Assembly: GCA_964247055.1 (NCBI GenBank)
Contig: OZ176053.1
Coordinates: 3,162,001 to 3,226,000, forward strand
Length of the DNA: 64,000 bases
Reading direction: 5' to 3'
DNA from: Paragordius varius
Taxonomy: Eukaryota > Animalia > Nematomorpha
Shown here: one piece after another, positions 1-13,567 of the stretch
How the letters are laid out: every line of letters starts with the position of its first letter
Position numbering within the stretch: position 1 is the stretch's first letter
Made by a program: the position numbers and the translations under genes
The notes under the pieces: model-generated
What the model saw: only the letters and a program-made list of their open reading frames with translations
The model's database searches: none
What the model was told of the DNA's origin: nothing

Positions 1-274
1 AATAATTTAGTTCTATTACGTTAATATATAAATAGTCTATTCCGTGCGTAATATTAATTAGGGTTGAAAAAAACGTTAATATTTTCTGGAAATTTTGGAT
101 CATAAATAATTTATAAAGTTTCTTAAATAGATTTAAGATATATTTGAATATACCTTTCAAACGTTCACTCAAGAACTTAATTATTAATTCGATTTTATAT
201 TTGATTTATAAATAAAATTGCATCTTATATTACTTTATAAAATTTTTATATGTGCGTGTGTGTCTGTTTTTTAG

Positions 275-532
275 TTAAAATCGGTGGCCCATCTGCCTTG
301 GAAACCATTCATGTACAAAGCCTTCAATACCTTCATTGATGATTTATTTGCTTTTATAATTACAATGCCTACCACTCATAGATTAGCTTGCTTCAGAGAT
401 GATTTAGTATTTTTGTGTTATCTTTACCAACGATGGCTATACCCAGTTGATAAAAATCGAATGGATGAAACTGCCACAACTTTTGAAGAGACTGACTATA
501 ATATTACTTCAAAAAATAAAAAGATTGATTAG
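275..532 (+). CDS. CLPTM1L: CLPTM1-like protein (lipid scramblase family), last coding exon; earlier exons not identified
   Basis: After acceptor ttttttag the exon reads LKSVAHLPWKPFMYKAFNTFIDDLFAFIITMPTTHRLACFRDDLVFLCYLYQRWLYPVD, the conserved CLPTM1/CLPTM1L C-terminal block. Confidence 0.9.
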   Translation, partial: LKSVAHLPWKPFMYKAFNTFIDDLFAFIITMPTTHRLACFRDDLVFLCYLYQRWLYPVDKNRMDETATTFEETDYNITSKNKKID

Positions 533-630
533 TATTGATTGATAATTTTCTATATTTATTTGTGTTTGATTAAATGAAACGTATAAATAAATGCATTTGT
601 TAGAAATATAAAAAAATGTTAAATAATGTA

Positions 631-810
631 CAGTATGTAAGTATACATTTCTAGAAAGTTATTAATTATTGCTAATTTTTTATTACAGCAAAGGGTAGTA
701 TTATTGGCTAATAGTTATTTTTTTCACTTTTCCAATAATACTGCCCTTTGTTGTATATGCTATTTAGTAATAATTAATAACTTTCTAGCAAAGTATATTT
801 ACTTATACTG
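631..810. mobile_element. Palindromic MITE (~180 bp), Tc1/mariner-pogo type
   Basis: TA|CAGTA...TACTG|TA termini. Arms of ~80 bp are imperfect reverse complements (e.g. ctagaaagttattaattatt at ~652 vs aataattaataactttctag at ~769). Confidence 0.75.
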
Positions 811-1040
811 TAAATCTCAAAAAATGCTGTGATTATAAATGTATCAAAAAGTTCATATATCACGTATAAATGACCAATCTGTTACGCATGAGCATAAAAA
901 AGAACATATTTGTGTAAAAAACACTTCATTTAATACGTCAGATGTCTAAATTTATTATATCACAATGGTGTGGTACCCTTTAAAAAATACACACATGTAT
1001 CGCATTAAATTTTTACTAACTACTATTTTGTCAGCCATTC

Positions 1041-3463
1041 TTAGCACGTAATGGAAGAAAATTTTATTGAACAACAAATTATTGTACGTATTTCCTCTTT
1101 GAGTTTGAGGAAATAGTTTTTAAATACGTTCCTAACATTCTTATCCAATAAAATGTTGATGTAAACACCCAACAAAGGGTTAAGATGTTTTATAAAATGT
1201 ACTGTAATTTGTCTATCAAATTGTTCTTGTTCCAAATAATTAATCCAAAAGTATTGATTCTTAAGCACATAAATGATGAAAGGCATGTTGAAAAAGAATA
1301 AAAGTAGGCTTTGAACCATAATGAGAATTGCGGCTTGGTTTGTGATAAAAGTTCTATTCCTTGTAGAAGACAGCGCTGAAGTCATGGGATGATCATTTTT
1401 TTCGTTTTCCGGATGCATCATTACACGTTGTGCCTTTAAAGGAGATAATAAATACAATATAGCGGTTTATTGGAAAATATTAATTTAAATTTTGTCAAAA
1501 TATAAAAATAAGTTGAACCCCATTTGGTTTTTTTTGCAAATAAAAACAGTTTTAAATGCCTACAAAAATCTGAAACATTATGATATGGATTTTAGGCAGT
1601 TTAAAATAGGTTTCAATTATCTCGATCGGTCCATAAGAGGTTAATATGACAAAATCTAAAATAAGTATTGTAATAAAGATTAACACCAGATTTATAATTG
1701 TTATTATTTATGCAAGATCTAAAACTATAAGGCTTCAAAATTAAATTCCCCCTAATTGCAGGGAGGCTTTGTTATAACAATTCACCTAATATCTCTAAAC
1801 TTGTTTTTTAGACTTTTCAAGTGGTTAGTAAAAATTTCAATTTTAATATTTCCTAATTTATATACTTTTTAAACTACTGTATATTATAAAACTGAATTTG
1901 GTTATTCCCGTTGTAACCGTGGCTGTGACCGCTTTCCATATGTTTTAAACCATGTTATTCAAATACTTATTTTTATGTATTTTTTTCAGACAAAAATATA
2001 CTAAAAAAATAGCTAACAATAATTATTTTTGGGAATTGGATAACATTTTCCTTTTTTACCTAAAAACTTTCATTGATTGTTGTATGACCGTAGATGGCTT
2101 GAGTTAGATCAGTATGTGTTCATGACTAAAACAAAAAAACCCAAACTTATGTGTTTTAATATTATATTATACTTACTGTATGAATAAGCAAATATATATC
2201 AAAGTATTTTTTGCTAGAAAATTATATTTGCAGATTCGGATTTATTTAAATTTAACATTAATTATTTTAAAATTTATATAAAATTACCCTTGTATAATAG
2301 ATATTGGGTTGATGTTGAGGATGAGAAAAATTTTGGACATTTTTTGGTGGTAAATCCGATGTTCTAACATATTTGTCCCCAGTGTCCTTTGTCGCTAATG
2401 GAGATTGGAAAAGTACAGCTGTTTGCTGTAGAACCCACCCAAGTATACCCCCATTTAAATGGTTTGAAGGGTCAATGTTGTCAGAATACATTGTTTTAGG
2501 CGTAAGTTGTGGTTTAATTTGTGTTTTAGTGTTTGTAAATGTTTGTTCCGTTATATAAACCCTAGTTATATCACTGCTTTTGGTAGCATGAGTCGATATT
2601 TTGTTCACACAACAGCATGTCGGTTGATAGTTTGGGCAACATTTACCCAAAATATTGGATGTCCAACCCTGTTTTACCCAATTACGGACGAAAACATTGT
2701 TGCTGGTTGGTAGAGGTGATATAATATTTTTACAACGTCTACCATTATATAACAAGACTAGGATGTTTGTCCAGATGGAAATAAGGACGGGTATTAAATA
2801 CATGAGTACACATGTAATTCGATCATAATGTGCATAAAAATTTTTGTGATTCTCCTTAGTCATATAAATGGGTTGGCCAAACACAATTTTTTCCTCGATC
2901 CAAAACGAATTATACCTTGCTAAGGTGTAGATTAAGTTAAAAACTGTTATAGCCACGCACGTTTTTATCATTTTGCTCCGCGTAAATAGCTCCTTATAAT
3001 AATACGGTTTATATACCGCTATGAATCGATCAATTGATATAATAGCGGTAAACCAATTGACATTGGCGGCACATAATTCAACAAACACAGGTTGTATTTG
3101 ACAAATGTAGATTAAGTAAATTTTGGATTCTATCGCTTGATAAAAGATGATGTAAAAAACGAAGGGCCAACACAAAAAATTGAGCATAACTAACAAATCA
3201 CATGCCGAAATAAAGTATATGTAAATGTAGAAATGGGGTCTCCGCACAAGCTTTGAGGTGCTAACGAGATAAGCGACATTACCAAACAAACCACACCATG
3301 TGAAAATGGATGTTAAATAATAGGTAAGGACAACTTCCGTCATAGATGTCCGGAATTTCCCATTGTTAAGCAGGGTGCCACGATTTAACATCCCCACCCC
3401 TTCTTGCAGTTCCTGGGAAAAGTACAATAAAACAGTGGTAGTAGAATTCATTATATAGTTCAT
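1041..3463 (-). CDS. Class A (rhodopsin-like) GPCR of the peptide/FMRFamide-receptor-like type; complement(join(1041..1433,2288..3463)), ~522 aa
   Basis: TM1 GLFGN, TM2 ISACDLL, TM3 SIDRFIAVYKP and TM5 YLIP lie in 2288-3463. TM6 FNMPF and TM7 HLNPLLGVY lie in 1041-1433. A phase-0 GT-AG intron (2287..1434) joins the two ORFs in frame. Confidence 0.85.
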
Positions 3464-6403
3464 TTTTATGAAGTTTTATTATAAAATTTGGTTTTTAATT
3501 TGTCATATAAATGTTCAGGGGGTGATAAAGACGGTTTATAGATTTTTGTTTTCTTTCTTAATAGACTTCATTTTATCGGAAAAGTCAGTCCCATTTGTTT
3601 CGTAGTAATCAAAATAATTTTAAGAAAGGGGATCCTATGCATACCTTAGCACTACATATGAAGAAGCCCTTCTCTTCGTTGTTTAAATCCTACATATATG
3701 TTTTTTACCTACCCTAATAAATAATTTAAGATTTTAATTAATTGCCTTATTTTTTTAACTTAAAAATTTACTATCATATGTGTTTATCAATATTATACAG
3801 GTATGTTTGGATATCGTTTTTGAAAATGGGGTGTTATTTATGACGAACATGTTAATTATTTTTAGACACATTTATTGGAAAATTTTCAAAATATATTATG
3901 TCAAGAAAATAATGATAGATGTGTTACATATGATAATTCTTAAAATGTAACTTTATAAAATTACTAATCTTACTATTAAACCAGACTCGGTTAGCAATGT
4001 TAATTGAAAAATCTCCCCACTCATTCAAAATTAATTTGTGGCAAAATTTAAAACTTTTGTAAAACAGATAATCGATAATTAAAGAATTTGAACCATATAT
4101 CACCATTACTATACATATTAATTTTATAAATATATCAAACATCTACAATTATTTGACCGACCGTATAAAATAAATTAAGTCTCAATCAAACTTTGTTCCA
4201 ATTCTAAGGCTATGAATAAAGAATAACTATTAAATTATAAAAATGAGAATATACCGAATAAACATGGAACCATGTATCTATCATTGATGGAAGATTGGAC
4301 AAAAGTAGAAATAAAAACGGTAGATTAGTAATCGTGTTAAAATAAACCATAACTTATATAAGAAAGTCTAGGGTCAAAAAACTTAAATTTTCCGAATCAA
4401 ATTTTTTTCTGTAAGATAAAACAAATATAATTGGTAAAAAACGCAATTTTTATAGTTTCAAAAATTTAATAACATTTAGAGTTGCGTACTAAAACTATTA
4501 TATTTTACCGGTTCAAGAGAATATATAAGGGACTTTTATTACTGACCAAACAACATGACTTAAAAAAACAATTTTTCTGGATGAAAAAAAAAAGATTTGT
4601 CAAAATATATTCTTCAAAAAAAGTTCAAATTTAGTATACTTATACTTATAACCCTTTATTAGAAATAATTAGTTTGTTTATTTTAATTTTCTATATTTTT
4701 CAACAAATTCAAAGGTACATATAGGGATATTTCTTATGTAATTACCACAAAAGGCATGATCATTGATATATAAATAGATCAGAACATTGTAGATTTACGT
4801 GATCATTTTACATCTTTAATTATTGAAATATTATTTTATTATTGGGTTTCAAGGATCTTTTGAACTTTTAACAAAGATAAACTTTGTCTATTTCATTTAC
4901 ATCATTAAAATGGCAATTTATCATCATTTAATTTTATTTTAAGGTACTCAAATTTATGGGAAAAGCTTATAATAAAACAATGATGAAAAAGAAAATTTTA
5001 TATTAAGGTACACTGATTTAATAAACTTCCATAGGAGGATGCCATATTTCTATTTTTATTTCGAAACCTGAAGAATATTAATATATGGTGTTTAAAAAGT
5101 AAACTCTCATAATAATACTTTTGACAAGTTCTATTTATAAACCTCTACGTACACTCTTGAGATTAATAGATTTTAATTATATATTTTCAATCGTTCTATT
5201 AACATCAAGTTGATCCTTAATACTTTTGGCACAATGTTTAAAGTACTGTAGTTTATACACCATGACCGAAATCATTCTAATTGAATGAGAAACGCTCGGA
5301 AACCGATTCTATTTTTTCGGAAAAACATCCGAAGAATTAGTATTGTGGCGATTTCTATACAAAATCCTTAAAAACTTTTTATAAACAACAAAAGAGTGGC
5401 AAAACTTTTAATTAGCAACCACTTATAAAGAAAATTTTGTTTTGTGAAATCTTAAGTATTATAATAAAAATACACCCTTAGATTGGCTATAGGAGTGACG
5501 ATTATAATATTTGGTTTTGACAATATTTCTAAATGTTTATATCATCATTAAGTATTATTTCCAATCTTGTAAAAACGCAGCTATATATGGTGGCTATGTT
5601 ATTGGTTTGGTGAATATACTTTTTGATAGTTATTGATTCATCATTTACATTTTTACAAAAAGTCAACCAAATTATAAAGCAAATGAACTTTAAATTTTGA
5701 GATGATACATATGCAGCATCATCGAATTATATAGAATAGGTGTTTTTATAATATCAATGTTTTTATACCGTTTCCACTATACTTCGAAATACCATAAAAC
5801 TATTTCACCAAAATTTTGCCATAAATTAAATTTTTAAGTTAAATATCCATTTTTCAGAGAACATTTTTTTATGTCAACCTTTAGAATAAAATTTTTTATA
5901 ACGCAATATTCACCCTATCGCCTTTATTATTATATAACTGTCCATTTTGGACGAGTCTAAAAATGTTAGACTTTCGGAGCCCACAATCTAAAATTTTATA
6001 AAAATATTATTTTGCTTTTTGTGTTTTTGCAAGGGAGCATTAAGCTTCATCAAAAAAAATTTATTTAACAGAATGTAAATCATTTTCTGATATGGGCTAG
6101 TTAATATAAAAGTGGTTATAACTTTCTTATATTACTCTTAAGGCTCACCAAAGCAAATGGGAATCTCGATCCATTTATCTATCATAAATATTTTATGAGA
6201 TTTATGGACACTGTAAGAATGATACTTAAACGGATTCTAATGGAAAAGCACTAATAAAATAACTTCCAATACATATCAAAACACTATTTTGGAAGATGTC
6301 AATATTTATTGTTATCATTAGTTGCAAAAGAACCGGTATTGATTACATATACACATATATAAATTATAATTAGATAGATTGATAGAAAACTGACGGATTA
6401 TTA

Positions 6404-9400
6404 TTATATCGATGGGATTGGGTTATCATCCTCATTAACAAAAGATGGAAAAGTGAAAAATATTAATGCCGCCAAAGCCACTATAATGAAGAAAAATAAA
6501 ATTTTTCTTGGGTGAAGTAACATAGCTGGTGGTACATTTCTTTCATCTGTTTGATGTGATGTGGTTCCATGATGTTGGAAAGAATGTAATTTTGTTGGCT
6601 CAAAATTCAACTGTTTTGTGATGTCACTTTGCAATCTCGATGTCCTACATTATATATTACGTATAATATTTATATACAGTGTAATTACATTGCTTATGTT
6701 TTATATAATAGCATTTATAGTAAAAAGTATTAATATTGGTTTTAGGGTGTTTATTTTTATTTTAAACCAGACCTTCTTAAACATTTGTAATTCCCGACCC
6801 CATTTATGAGAGCGAGTTTCTTAACGACCCAAACAATTCGAAGTCTTAAAAATTTTGTTGTTAATAATTATCAGGATTATTTCGGTTTTAAGAGATTGAC
6901 AAAAATATATCTACATTTATATATTTCTATAACATCTTCCGTCTCAGATGGAAAAAGCGCTGAGTTAAATTAATTGCCTTTATAGGGCAGATATTTGGAA
7001 TCATCTTTGATACCATCGTCTCATGGGTTTTCGAAAAAATACCTCTTATATGATGGCGTATTTTTAGGGCATAAAGGCCCCAAATTAACGGCTAATAAAA
7101 AAACGCCTAATTTTTTTTTACCTAGTTACGGATAATATATCAAGCTTTAATGAGCTCACATGGCTTCATAATTCTTCTGTAAATTAGCTCCAAGGAAATT
7201 CTATATAGTCGCAGTTTTTGGCGGGTAGCTCCTAACCCAGATTAGGTATAAAAAAGTGTTGGTTAAAATTTTTGCCCTCATATGGGAAACATCTGGAATT
7301 ATCAAATCCATCTAACCAGGGGCGAAACAAAAACGCTCAATTAAATTTTTTGCCTTAATTCGGGTAATACCTGAAATCATGATTGATTCCATATGCTCTC
7401 GTGGTGCCCCAAAACCAAAAAGTCATTCTATGGTGCCGCATTTTTCAGGGCTAGGCCTAATTAAGGGGTAATTTAATAAAATCGCTCTACTCAAATTTTT
7501 GCCTTTTTATGGGTATTTCAAGCCCTTATTGAACTCATATGGCCTGATAAGTTTTTCAAAATTTGCCTCCAAAGTCACGCTGTATCGATATGGTGGTGCA
7601 GTTGTAGACGGGTAACCCCCTACTAGGTGGCCAATATAGACGTTCCATAAAAATTTTTGCTTTTATAGAATTCCTGGAATCATAATTGAATTCAGATGTT
7701 CTTAATGGTTTTTGGAAGAATGGCTTCAAAACTAAATAATAGTTCAATGATAGCGCATTTTTAGGGCGTGAAGGACCTAAACGGCTAATTTAAAAAAAAC
7801 CGCTAGACTCAAACTTTTGCCTTTTACGGGTAATATTTCAAGTACCTATTGAGCTCATATGGCCTGATAAATTTTCTGAAATTTAGCCCCAAAGGCACCC
7901 TATTAACATATGACGGGGCAGTTTTTAGCGGGTATCTTCTTACCCATCTGCCAATATAAAAAACGCCCAACTAAAATATTTGCCTTTTAAGAGGGAATAC
8001 CTGAAATCCTTATTTCAAAAAATTATTTTTGTGGACTTGGCTTTTTCAAATAAAGTGGCATTTTACGGGGAAGTAGGGTGGGTAAAAAGAGGGCCTAAAT
8101 TAAAAAAACGAGCCAACTATGTTCGGCGCAACTGAAAATAAGTAAAAAAGAATTATATTTGAAATCGAATCACCACGTTTTCAGGAAAATTGTCTCAAAA
8201 AAACGATTTTTGTGGACTTCTGTTTTCAAAAACCCGTTTTTTAAAAGGGATGGGCCCGAACTGGGGGCCTAATTCAAAAAAAGAGCGAAGCTATTGTCGG
8301 GGCATTCATTAATGAATATATTTTTTCGACATTTGGATTTGAATAAGTCTACCGGTTTTCGGGGACCAGATCACAAAGCCGCATTTTCCATTTTTATAAA
8401 TATATAGATTTTACAATTTAAAAAACATTTTTTGTTAAATTATATTTTATCACTCGCGATCCCATAATTTTGCTACGCGACCCATAGTTTAAGAAGTTTT
8501 AAACCAATAGAATTGCCCTTTAATGTAAATTATAGCCGGTAGTATTAAATAAAAAAACTAGCATGTAAAAAACTCACACTGTTAAATAAATTATACAACA
8601 ATTTCCTAAACTGGCTAATGTTGATTTTAGAAATGTATTTTTTATTATTGTTATGAATATCATTTGATTTCTGGTTTAAACGGAATCGACCATAAGCTCA
8701 CTGTCTAATAAGATTTTCTGTTTATTATATGTTATAGACTTTATGAAAAAATAAACTTTTGAATGTATATATTTTACTATGAACAAGATGTGTAATAGTT
8801 TTTTAAAAATAATGGGTCACCTCTAAATAAAGCAATTATGATAAAATTAGTTTTAGCAGTTATTACTAAATTATAGATAATGAAATAATATTTTATAAAA
8901 AAAATTTAAATTTCTTTAGAATTAATTAGATTATATATTAACCACAATTTTTCCTCATATCAATAATTAGATAAAATAAAAAATTTTAGAGCTTTGGGGA
9001 AATGGTTCCTAATATTCTCAATTTATTCGAATTCGACTGCTATGTTTCCACAACATGGAGTAACTGATCCTTGCATAGATAGAGAATATGGGATTACGTC
9101 AGGGCTGCGTCTTATCACCTATTTTGTTTAATGCATATCTCGATTGAATAATAATAAACATACCCGATTCATTTGGCGTTCAGGTTGGAGATTCTGATCT
9201 AACTTCTATTCACTATGCAGACGATACAGTTATCTTCGCAGACAACCTGAAATCATTGACTCTCATACTACATTTTGTAGATGAGTGTCAAAAATATGAC
9301 CTACGGATCAATCTTTCAAAAACAATGATAATATAAATTAACCCAAAGTTGCAAATGCTTCAATAATTGTTAACAGGAATTTTATTGAAACAGTCAAAAG

Positions 9401-10906
9401 TTACACATATCTCGGGAGCTTAATAAGTGGTGATAATAATTGTACTCCTGAGATAAAATGAAGGATAGCTATAACCAAAACGGCCGCAAATAATTATAAC
9501 AAAATTTGAGCATCCCATGATGTCAGCTTAAAAACGAAAATTCTACTTACAAATGCAATCTTTTTTCTAACTTTTCTCTACAGATATGAAGGTTAGACTT
9601 TAAAAAAATCCGACACACGGACAATTAACTCCTTTGAAATATGGATGTGAAAAAATCTTACAAATAAAATGAACGGTACAAAATAACTCACAATGCAATT
9701 TTGAATAAAATCAACCCCGACATGTCATTGTTTGGAATGTCCATCCGTACCAAACTATCCTACTTTGGCCACATTATAATCCAATTCACTGGAAAACCTT
9801 GATGTTGGGTAAAGTTAGTGATACACGTAAAAGGGGCCGAAAAAGGATAAGGTGGATGGACAATATTTAACAACAAACCCACGCAAGCTTGGCAACTCAA
9901 CATTAAAACTAAAAATCGCAATTTATGGAGAGTTTTATTAACAATATTGCAAAAAGTCGAACTCGACTGTAGCAAGACACACACGCAATTGGAACCGGAA
10001 CTGGCCGGATACCTAAGAATTTAAGATCATAACCAGAGTTCATAAAATTTTGGAACTAGAACCGATTCCCCCTAAAATCTGACGTACCGCGGCTTTTAAG
10101 TGTTTCCAGTCCCAAGCCATTGATATTGTCAAGAATAACATTCAAAAACTCATTTGACAATATATATATATGGCATTTAAAAGCAATTAAAAGATCATAA
10201 TAGTTTTAAACTGCACCTATTCTTATAGTTATTGTTAAAAATAAATTAAACGTCACTTAAAAAATATTTATAGGCTAATGTGTCATTTAAAAACTTCACA
10301 TTAAATTATAATAAAAATCTAAACTTGAAAACTTTTATAGCCAAAAATGTTTTATTGAAATTTTAAAGATCAGTATTGTTTTACCTATTAAGCTTAAAAT
10401 ATAAAAAAATTGCATCTCCTCAAAATATCAGTTTTTTTTAAAATATTTTATATAATTCGAAAGAGTTTTAGGTTTACTTTATTTCGTATCTGGATGGCAA
10501 CGTGTATTCATCCTGAGATTTAACTTCAAATTTTGTTTTTAAGTGTGGCGATACATATTCAAAATCTTCAAATTCTTTTAGTGGCCTTCTTCTTAACTGT
10601 TCACCACTAACGTTAAACAAAAAACACAACCTAAGGAAATGATCCATTGGCTGAGCTTCTTTTATTGGTGAGCTTCTATATTGATCGGGTTGTTCAGCAT
10701 AACTATCCTCATTAATTGAAAATTCTGGGTTTTTATTATATCCAAGAATTTTAAGCAATTTATTTTCATAAAACGTGCGAGTTGACGCTAAAATAATAAA
10801 GAAATATATTTCTACCCACAATAGGTCCAACCTGAATGCCGTGTTCAATTAATTTTTCACGTAAAGCGTCATCTGAAAGTGTACGGATACTTTCTTGAAT
10901 TTCCAT
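6404..10906 (-). CDS. Emerin-like inner nuclear membrane protein (N-terminal LEM domain, C-terminal TM); complement(join(6404..6644,10478..10606,10631..10787,10816..10906))
   Basis: Removing a 28-nt intron gives LSDDALREKLIEHGIQVGPIVASTRTFYENKLLK, a LEM motif. A phase-2 intron (10477..6645) joins in frame to an exon with TM ILFFFIIVALAALIFFTF and an EDDNP tail resembling the emerin C-terminus. The 24-nt intron is in-frame and less certain. Confidence 0.82.
6935..8408 (-). mobile_element. Non-autonomous Helitron copy, 3' end missing, with internal degenerate repeats
   Basis: Shares the 5' terminus A|TCTATATATTTATAAAAATGG (ends 8408) and the internal repeats with the copies at 19092-22787, 50394-51840 and 53474-54052. 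The left boundary is approximate. Confidence 0.75.
9040..9985 (+). mobile_element. Decayed 5'-truncated RTE-like LINE (reverse transcriptase 3' half) in the LEM-gene intron
   Basis: Frames give GLRQGCVLSPILFNAYL and HYADDTVIFADN, with many stops and frameshifts. Confidence 0.8.
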
Positions 10907-10955
10907 GCCGAATGCCAATAAATTGAAAATTTTTTAATGAATGAATTAAAATTTC
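10907..10955. promoter_or_regulatory. 49-bp spacer between the divergent start codons of the LEM gene and EXOSC7; inferred bidirectional promoter or overlapping 5' ends
   Basis: The ATG on minus at 10906 and the ATG on plus at 10956 both open directly into conserved N-terminal domains. Confidence 0.55.
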
Positions 10956-12275
10956 ATGTTTCTTCTGAGTGAGCCTGAAGTAAAATTTATCGAAGAAAAT
11001 ATCGAAGTTGGTTTGCATCAAATATATTATAGAATAATATTAGACTAGACGGGCGTGAAAATGATGAATATCGGAATTTAAAAGTTAATTTAGGCATTTT
11101 GCCGAATTGTGCAGGATCTGCATCTGTTGTTTTGGTTAAAATACCCTAATATAATAGAATAAAACTCATGTGGTGGTTGGTATAAAACCAGAACTGTTAC
11201 ATTCTTCTCCCAAAAAATTAATAAGTTTTTTTATCGACAAGTATATTGTAAATATTAAATGCTAGATCGCCTTTATTTACTAACAGAGCTGGCGATGACA
11301 TAAATTATTTAATACCTTTGTTAGAAAACATATATAATCCCTCAAAAATGTTTGATAATACATTAGTTATTGATAATCATTATTACTGGAGTTTATATGT
11401 CGAAATATTGGTATGAATGTAATAACGTTAAAGTTAGTACAAAATTCAGGAAATCTGTTAGATGCTATATCCTTTGCCATTAAGTCAGCCTTGTTTGATA
11501 CAAAGTTCTATCTAAAATTTATTCTCTAAAGAGTTCCTTCTGTAAACATAACCACTGACGAAGAAACAAAAGAGGCTTATATTGAATTATCTGAGGTGAT
11601 CGATGATGTTTTAACTTTAAACATGGACAAGATACCATTAATTCTCCATACTCTTAAAGTAAAATAATCTTTCTAAAAAAAATATGCGAATAGTTGCATA
11701 TAAAAATATTTTTTTGTTAAAATTGAAGTATAAAAAATATTTTTTTATCCTATTTGATTTTCAATAATGCCAAAATTTAAAACTAGGATAATATTAGAAA
11801 AATATTATATTACATTGTATATCGATAAGTTTTGCCACTTTTATTAAGATATTTTTCATCGTTAAATGATTAGCTCTGTTAATAATTGTTGAGACATATT
11901 ATGCACAAACTAAGCCAACAAATATCACATAACGGTATATATATAATAAAATTGCGGCACTACCAGTTCAGATAACAATCTATGAAAATTTTATATCTAC
12001 TATAGGTTGGGAAGGAATACATTATAGATCCCATGATAGAAGAAGAATTATGCTCTATCGCAGGGCTAATTTTTGCAATCGATTCAAATGGACACATTTG
12101 CTTTATGAGGAAATGTGGAAACGGTAGTTTAAATCCACAAAGTTGCCTACAAATGATTTCGGTACGCATGTAGATATATATATATTTATAGTTGGCCAGC
12201 CGTGTTGGTTTGGAATTGCATAAAACCTGGAAAAAGTGTATTGAAAACAATGCTCAACAATTGATTCTCGAATGA
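10956..12275 (+). CDS. EXOSC7: Exosome complex component RRP42; join(10956..11006,11033..11134,11158..11240,11266..11410,11434..11504,11532..11658,12006..12161,12192..12275)
   Basis: The spliced product reads MFLLSEPEVKFIEENIENNIRLDGRENDEYR...GSASVVL...VVVGIKPE...YWSLYVEIL...GNLLDAISFAIKSALFDT...IIDPMIEEE...MRKCGNGSLNP. All seven introns are GT-AG (26, 23, 25, 23, 27, 347, 30 nt) and keep the frame. Confidence 0.92.
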
Positions 12276-12276
12276 A

Positions 12277-12314
<38 letters not shown>

Positions 12315-13250
12315 AATTGAAATAAATTTGATATAAATATGATTTATATAGTTTTTTAGCCTGCCTAAAATACGTAAAATCAAAGTAGTGCAATAAAAAA
12401 AGCGAAAATCAACCATATTTTTAGATCATGAAATTTTTTTGTATTGGCTATATTAGGGTGTTAATGAAATTGGATTAATATTTCAAAAACTTGTATTTAA
12501 CAATACAACTATTAGTTTATTATCTTTATTCGAGTCTTAATTACCAATAATAGCACTTAACTCCTAATTTTATTTGATTTTAATTTATAAATAAATAAAT
12601 GCATAAATTAATTTTCGTTAAATATAGCATAAATTAGAATATTTGATTATAAAAACAAACTTTCTTAGTTCTAATAATAAAAAATAATTGTAATTAACAC
12701 CATGCAGCTTAAATGGTGGGGACTTTTTAGATATTTTAAAAATTTATCTTTTATCAGTTAAAAGCAGCTTTTTTCTACTATTGAAACATGCCATCGCAAT
12801 AATTAAAATATTACATTATTGATGAAGACAGATATAATAAACAAGAGGTACTTAAAATATTAATGTGTGAGGTAAATGCATATAATGTCAATCCAAATAC
12901 TAAAAAGGAAAAAATAGATAAGTTTTATTAATCATTAATTGATTAAAATCAAATTCTTGCGTTATTTTTTTGGTAAAATTAAAATATCTCAAATATTTCT
13001 ATGTAGACATTGTATTTATATTATGCTTGAAAGATGGTAAAACATTTTTCGGAGAAGTAGTTTATAAATTCAATATGCGAACGAAAAACTAGATAAATAA
13101 TAAAATTAATTAAATTGCAATTTGAAATCTCTCTAATACACCTCGCTTTTTTTAGATGAAAATGCGGCCCCAAGGCATTTGTGTTGGACACCGGTTGTTT
13201 AAACTCACAAATACACTTCTTTCATATATATTGTTTCGCAGAGCAGGTGT

Positions 13251-13567
13251 CAATGTTTCCCTTTTATTGTCGTCGCATATTCTTATAAACCCATCTTGCG
13301 TCTATTTCTTGGATATAAAACCTTATAATTGTTTAAATCGTGCTTACCAATCAAAAAATAAATTCATCCTTGCTTTCTAACCTAACCATCATTTTTTCTA
13401 TGTTTAAATTCAATGTTTCCCTTTTATTGCCGCCGCATATCCTTATGACATCTTGCGTCTTTTTCTTGAATATACAACTTTATAATTGTTGAAATCGTGC
13501 TTACTATTTATAAAATAAATTCATCTTTGCTTTCTAACCTAACCATCATTTTTTATCTATTTAAATT
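13251..13567. repeat. Two-copy tandem duplication, ~160-bp unit
   Basis: The unit starts caatgtttcccttttattg at 13251 and again at 13411. Both copies contain ctttctaacctaaccatcatttttt. Confidence 0.85.

Noticed and set aside
4900-6300. Possible very old hAT and LINE remnants
   Set aside because: Only vague motif impressions; no termini or continuous frames support a call.
11467-11475. ATATCCTTT, a U12-type 5' splice-site consensus, in EXOSC7
   Set aside because: It lies in conserved coding sequence (DAISFAIK) and removing an intron there is not needed.
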